Positions 60,584 through 64,000 of a stretch of DNA of 64,000 nt are shown here, one piece after another; within the stretch, counting starts at the first letter, position 1, and every line of letters starts with the position of its first letter. This DNA is from Candidatus Thalassarchaeum betae (GTDB taxonomy: Archaea; Thermoplasmatota; Poseidoniia; Poseidoniales; Thalassarchaeaceae): assembly GCA_003193925.1 (NCBI GenBank), contig PSPG01000008.1:73848-137847 (forward strand), given 5' to 3'. The notes under the pieces are model-generated. The model was not told the DNA's origin. It worked only from the letters and a program-made list of their open reading frames with translations, and made no database searches. The position numbers and the translations under genes are program-made.

Positions 60584-61147
60584 ATGCGCTCCCTACTGCT
60601 AGCCGGCGGTCGCTCGTCGCGCATGGGCAGCGACAAGGCTCTCATCGAGGTCGACGGCGTAGCCTGCATAGCCCGCGTCGCGATGGCTCTGGCCGAGGCC
60701 GGGCGCGAGCCGATCAGGATCGCGGTTGCCGAGCCGGATGCAATCGAGCGCTACGGCGCGGTCATCGACCCGTCAATCCAGGTCGAGTGGGTGCTCGACG
60801 CCCGACCGCACGCCGGGCCCATCGAGGCTCTGCTCGAGGCGCTCGAGGACCCGTTGTGCGAGTCCGAGAGCCTGCAGCTGGCCACCGTGGACGTGCCGTG
60901 GATAGACTCGGGGGTGTTCGCGGGGCTCGAGACCGCGCTGGGCGAGGGCGATGCACTCGCCATGCCCAGTGACGGCGAGTGGGCGCACCCGCTGCTGGCA
61001 CTGGTGCGCCCGAGCAGGGTGGTGGGTGCGCTGAGGGGAGGTGACCGCAGGCCGTTGCACGTCCAGTTCACCGAGATGCCGCACACACTGATGCTCGAGG
61101 ACCCTGCGGTCCTGCGCAATGTCAACACGCCTGAGGACCTAGAGTGA
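60584..61147 (+). CDS. mobA: MobA-like nucleotidyltransferase
   Basis: LLAGGRSSRMGSDKA, GP, DVP, HPL, NVNTPED. Confidence 0.85.
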   Translation: MRSLLLAGGRSSRMGSDKALIEVDGVACIARVAMALAEAGREPIRIAVAEPDAIERYGAVIDPSIQVEWVLDARPHAGPIEALLEALEDPLCESESLQLATVDVPWIDSGVFAGLETALGEGDALAMPSDGEWAHPLLALVRPSRVVGALRGGDRRPLHVQFTEMPHTLMLEDPAVLRNVNTPEDLE

Positions 61148-61771
61148 GACCTGGCCCGAGCAGAGCCGGTCGAGGACCTCCGGGTAGAGAACGTGCTCGA
61201 CCCTCTTGACGCGCTCCTGCAGGGCCTCCTCGTCGTCATCGGGCAGCACCTCCACCCGCCTCTGCGCGAGGATCGGCCCGGAGTCGATGGTCTCGTCGAC
61301 CAGATGCACCGTGCACCCGGTCACGCTGACGCCGGCTGCCAGGGCATCCCGGTGCGCATGGGCGCCCGGGAAGTCGGGCAGCAGTGAGGGGTGGATGTTG
61401 ACGAGCCGGCCCTCCCAACGCGACACGAACCAAGGCGTGAGGATGCGCATGTAGCCACTCAGCACTACGAGCTCGACATCCGCGGCGACCAGCTCGGCGT
61501 GTAGCAAACGCTCGTGTGCAAGGCGCCGCTCGGACTTGTCGATGTCCATGGGAAGGGGCACATCGACGGTCCTAACGCCGGCATCGCGGCCGTGCTCCAG
61601 ACCACCTGCATCAGTGCTGTCAGCCACGACTAGGACAGTGGCGTGGCAGCGGGGAGTCTGCTGGTACCTGAGCAGTGCGGCTAGCCCAGAGCCCCCGCCG
61701 GAGACCAGCAGTGCGAGTCGGACCGGATCATCGGTGGTGCCCGCCCGAGGCAGTGCGAAGCCTTCGCCCAT
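61139..61771 (-). CDS. purN: Phosphoribosylglycinamide formyltransferase
   Basis: SGGGSG, GYMRIL, NIHPSLLPDFPG, GCTVHLVD, DSGPI. Confidence 0.95.
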   Translation of the reverse strand: MGEGFALPRAGTTDDPVRLALLVSGGGSGLAALLRYQQTPRCHATVLVVADSTDAGGLEHGRDAGVRTVDVPLPMDIDKSERRLAHERLLHAELVAADVELVVLSGYMRILTPWFVSRWEGRLVNIHPSLLPDFPGAHAHRDALAAGVSVTGCTVHLVDETIDSGPILAQRRVEVLPDDDEEALQERVKRVEHVLYPEVLDRLCSGQVSL

Positions 61772-61842
61772 GGCGTCTAGGCGGGTCGTCGGGGCTTGAG
61801 AATTGGGGCGTGAGGGGCTGCCGCTCTGATACCGAGTTTTTT

Positions 61843-62355
61843 ATGGGCAGAAGACAATGGCCTCGAACCGTGGAGCGACTGGAGACGGTGGACGAAATCG
61901 TCGAGCGCTACTGCGTGGCGAGCAGCTCAGGCAAGAGCAAGCTGTACGTCGGCCTCGGCTCGCTCTTCCTCGTGTTCGCGGTGATCGGCATCTGGATTCC
62001 GGGCTGGCCTACGGTCTCGTGGGCCGTCCCGGCCGCCTTCCTGTTCTCCATGTCGAGCGAGAGGATGTTCCGCTTGACCCTGACCAACCGGTACTTCGGG
62101 GCTGCTATGTTCGATTACTACGCCACTGGCAAGACCATCCCGCGACACGCCAAGTACGCCACCGTCGGGCTCATCGCCCTCATGGCCTCCCTCTCGGCCT
62201 ACTTCGTCTGGCACGTCTCGTCGCGCGGCGACGGGGTGCTATCCGACCCGGCATCGTGGAACGGGGCTGATCCGGGGTTCGGGTCTGGTGCGATCATTCT
62301 GGTCGGGCTGATCGGGATGTGGTATGTCGGAATCAAAGTCCCGACCCGAGAGTGA
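61843..62355 (+). CDS. YbaN/DUF454 membrane protein
   Basis: GIWIPGWPT, FSMSSER, IPRHAK. Confidence 0.8.
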   Translation: MGRRQWPRTVERLETVDEIVERYCVASSSGKSKLYVGLGSLFLVFAVIGIWIPGWPTVSWAVPAAFLFSMSSERMFRLTLTNRYFGAAMFDYYATGKTIPRHAKYATVGLIALMASLSAYFVWHVSSRGDGVLSDPASWNGADPGFGSGAIILVGLIGMWYVGIKVPTRE

Positions 62356-62432
62356 ATCAGTCCCTAGGGTCTGACTCGACCCACTGAAAGCCCATAGATT
62401 CATGATACCAAATTCTTCCGTATGGAACAGAG

Positions 62433-63491
62433 ATGTCTGAGCAGTCTATGTTTCAACTTGGGCTGAACACCTTTGGTGATGTAACAAGAGGTTCCGATGG
62501 ACAATTCGAGGAGCATCATGCAGTTCTGAGAAACGTAGTCGAGGAAGCAGTTCTAGCGGATAAACTGGGTTTGGATTTCTTCGGTGTCGGAGAGCATCAT
62601 AGAGATGATTTTGCAATCACTGCTCCAGAGGTCGTTCTCGGAGCAATCGCCAGTAGAACTGAGAGGATTCGTCTAGGAACAGCCGTTACAGTACTGAATT
62701 CAGACGACCCGATTAGAGTTTACGAAAGATTCGCAACATTGGACGCGCTCTCAAATGGCAGAGCTGAAGTAATTCTGGGCCGTGGCTCCTTTACCGAGTC
62801 ATTCCCCCTTTTTGGATTCAGGATGGAAGATTATGAAAGGCTCTTTGAAGAGAAACTAGAAATATTCTCTTTACTGAGAAATGAGGATGAATTCGATTGG
62901 GAGGGGACAATTCGCACCCCCCTTCTCAAGCAACGAGTTTACCCGACTACAGAACGAGGGGGCCTCCGGTCTTGGATAGGTGTTGGAGGAAGTCCCGAAT
63001 CTGTTGTTCGTGCGGCAAGACACGGAATCCCCCTATGCCTTGCTATCATAGGAGGTCAACCATCTCGCTTCACATCTTTTGTTGATCTCTATCACAGAGC
63101 ACTGACTCAGTTCGAACAACCCCGTCTGCCTATTTCTGTACACAGTCCAGGCCACATTGCTGAGACAGACGAGCAAGCCAAAGAAGAGATTTGGCCGCAT
63201 TACCGGGAGATGTTTGGCAGAATCGGGCGAGAGCGTGGTTGGCCACCAGTCACTTACGAGCAATTTGAGCTTGGAGTTGGTCCACTCGGCTCGATATATG
63301 TGGGGTCTCCTGAGACGGTGGCGGAGAAGATTATTCGAAACTCAAAACTGTTGCAGACATCTAGGTTTGATCTCAAGTACAGCAATGGCGGTATGCCACA
63401 TGACCAATTGATGAGTTCGATTGAGCTGTATGCAAAGGAAGTGGCTCCGATAGTTCGCGAAGCGATCACAGATTTCACTCCAATTCCTTGA
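62433..63491 (+). CDS. LLM-class flavin-dependent oxidoreductase
   Basis: GVGEHHR, TAVTVLNSDDPIRVYERFATLD, GRGSFTESFPLFG, GVGGSPESV. Confidence 0.93.
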   Translation: MSEQSMFQLGLNTFGDVTRGSDGQFEEHHAVLRNVVEEAVLADKLGLDFFGVGEHHRDDFAITAPEVVLGAIASRTERIRLGTAVTVLNSDDPIRVYERFATLDALSNGRAEVILGRGSFTESFPLFGFRMEDYERLFEEKLEIFSLLRNEDEFDWEGTIRTPLLKQRVYPTTERGGLRSWIGVGGSPESVVRAARHGIPLCLAIIGGQPSRFTSFVDLYHRALTQFEQPRLPISVHSPGHIAETDEQAKEEIWPHYREMFGRIGRERGWPPVTYEQFELGVGPLGSIYVGSPETVAEKIIRNSKLLQTSRFDLKYSNGGMPHDQLMSSIELYAKEVAPIVREAITDFTPIP

Positions 63492-63602
63492 TACGATCTG
63501 AATCAAAGGGTACCCTTTGACTCACATGGCAAGGTTGACCAGAACCCCAGCAGTCGATACTGTCACATCCACAGCCTGCATCCGAGGGGACGGGAGTGAA
63601 CG

Positions 63603-63767
63603 ATGGCGATTGAGGTCTGTTCGAACTGCTTCAGCCCCCGCATCGCCCCCTACATGGGGTATGAGACCGGCAAGCGTTTCATCTGCCAGGACTGCGATGT
63701 AACCATCGAGTTCCAGAACATCGAAGCCTTGGTCGCATTCCTTCAGGAAAGGAGAGATGCCTCATGA
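63603..63767 (+). CDS. Small Zn-ribbon protein, 54 aa (absent from ORF track)
   Basis: MAIEVCSNCFSPRIAPYMGYETGKRFICQDCDVTIEF...; SD-like GGGAGTGA; ATGA overlap with next gene. Confidence 0.7.
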   Translation: MAIEVCSNCFSPRIAPYMGYETGKRFICQDCDVTIEFQNIEALVAFLQERRDAS

Positions 63768-64000
63768 GCAGGTATCTTGCAATTGGAATGATTCTTGCTT
63801 GTCTAGCGCTCGTAGTAGGGGGAATGTTTGGCCATTCTTGGCGTACACATGAAGGGATGAATCCCGGCGATGATCGTCTCCATGGGTCCCATTATGGTCT
63901 TCATGAAGTATATTATTCAGTAGACGGAGACCTAGGGGACCCCCTTGAATATTCCAATGCATGTGCAACGAGTGATTCTGCTTACGAACCGATGTGCGAT
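63764..64000 (+). CDS. Membrane protein, N-terminal part (runs off window end)
   Basis: MSRYLAIGMILACLALVVGGMFGHSW... open to the end of the window. Confidence 0.65.
   Translation, partial: MSRYLAIGMILACLALVVGGMFGHSWRTHEGMNPGDDRLHGSHYGLHEVYYSVDGDLGDPLEYSNACATSDSAYEPMCD

Overview
High-GC (roughly 60-65% by eye), densely packed archaeal chromosome segment. PolD large subunit, PriL, archaeal DnaG, NreA, Pcc1 and type II Map occur alongside bacterial-type metabolic genes (MetK, BolA-Grx4, Rpe, FumC, RNase HI, GcvH) and a giant TSP3-repeat surface protein. This mix fits Marine Group II Euryarchaeota (Ca. Poseidoniales), an inference from gene content. I call about 65 CDS and one tRNA-Cys(GCA), and see no CRISPR-cas, transposase or integrase. 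The main anomaly is the ~1 kb gap at 17502-18540. It has a near-consensus BRE-TATA promoter, a hairpin-rich 5' domain, six purine-rich 60-nt repeats conserved regardless of reading frame, and a hairpin-rich 3' domain, making it a candidate large ncRNA and/or origin. Other leads: an RHH-fumarase fusion, a DNA methyltransferase-fold protein with an altered catalytic motif, a duplicated ~225-bp element, Zn-finger proteins with hydrophobic inserts, a structured dnaG leader, and convergent genes whose stop codons abut exactly. All calls come from manual reading and motif recognition; no database searches were run.
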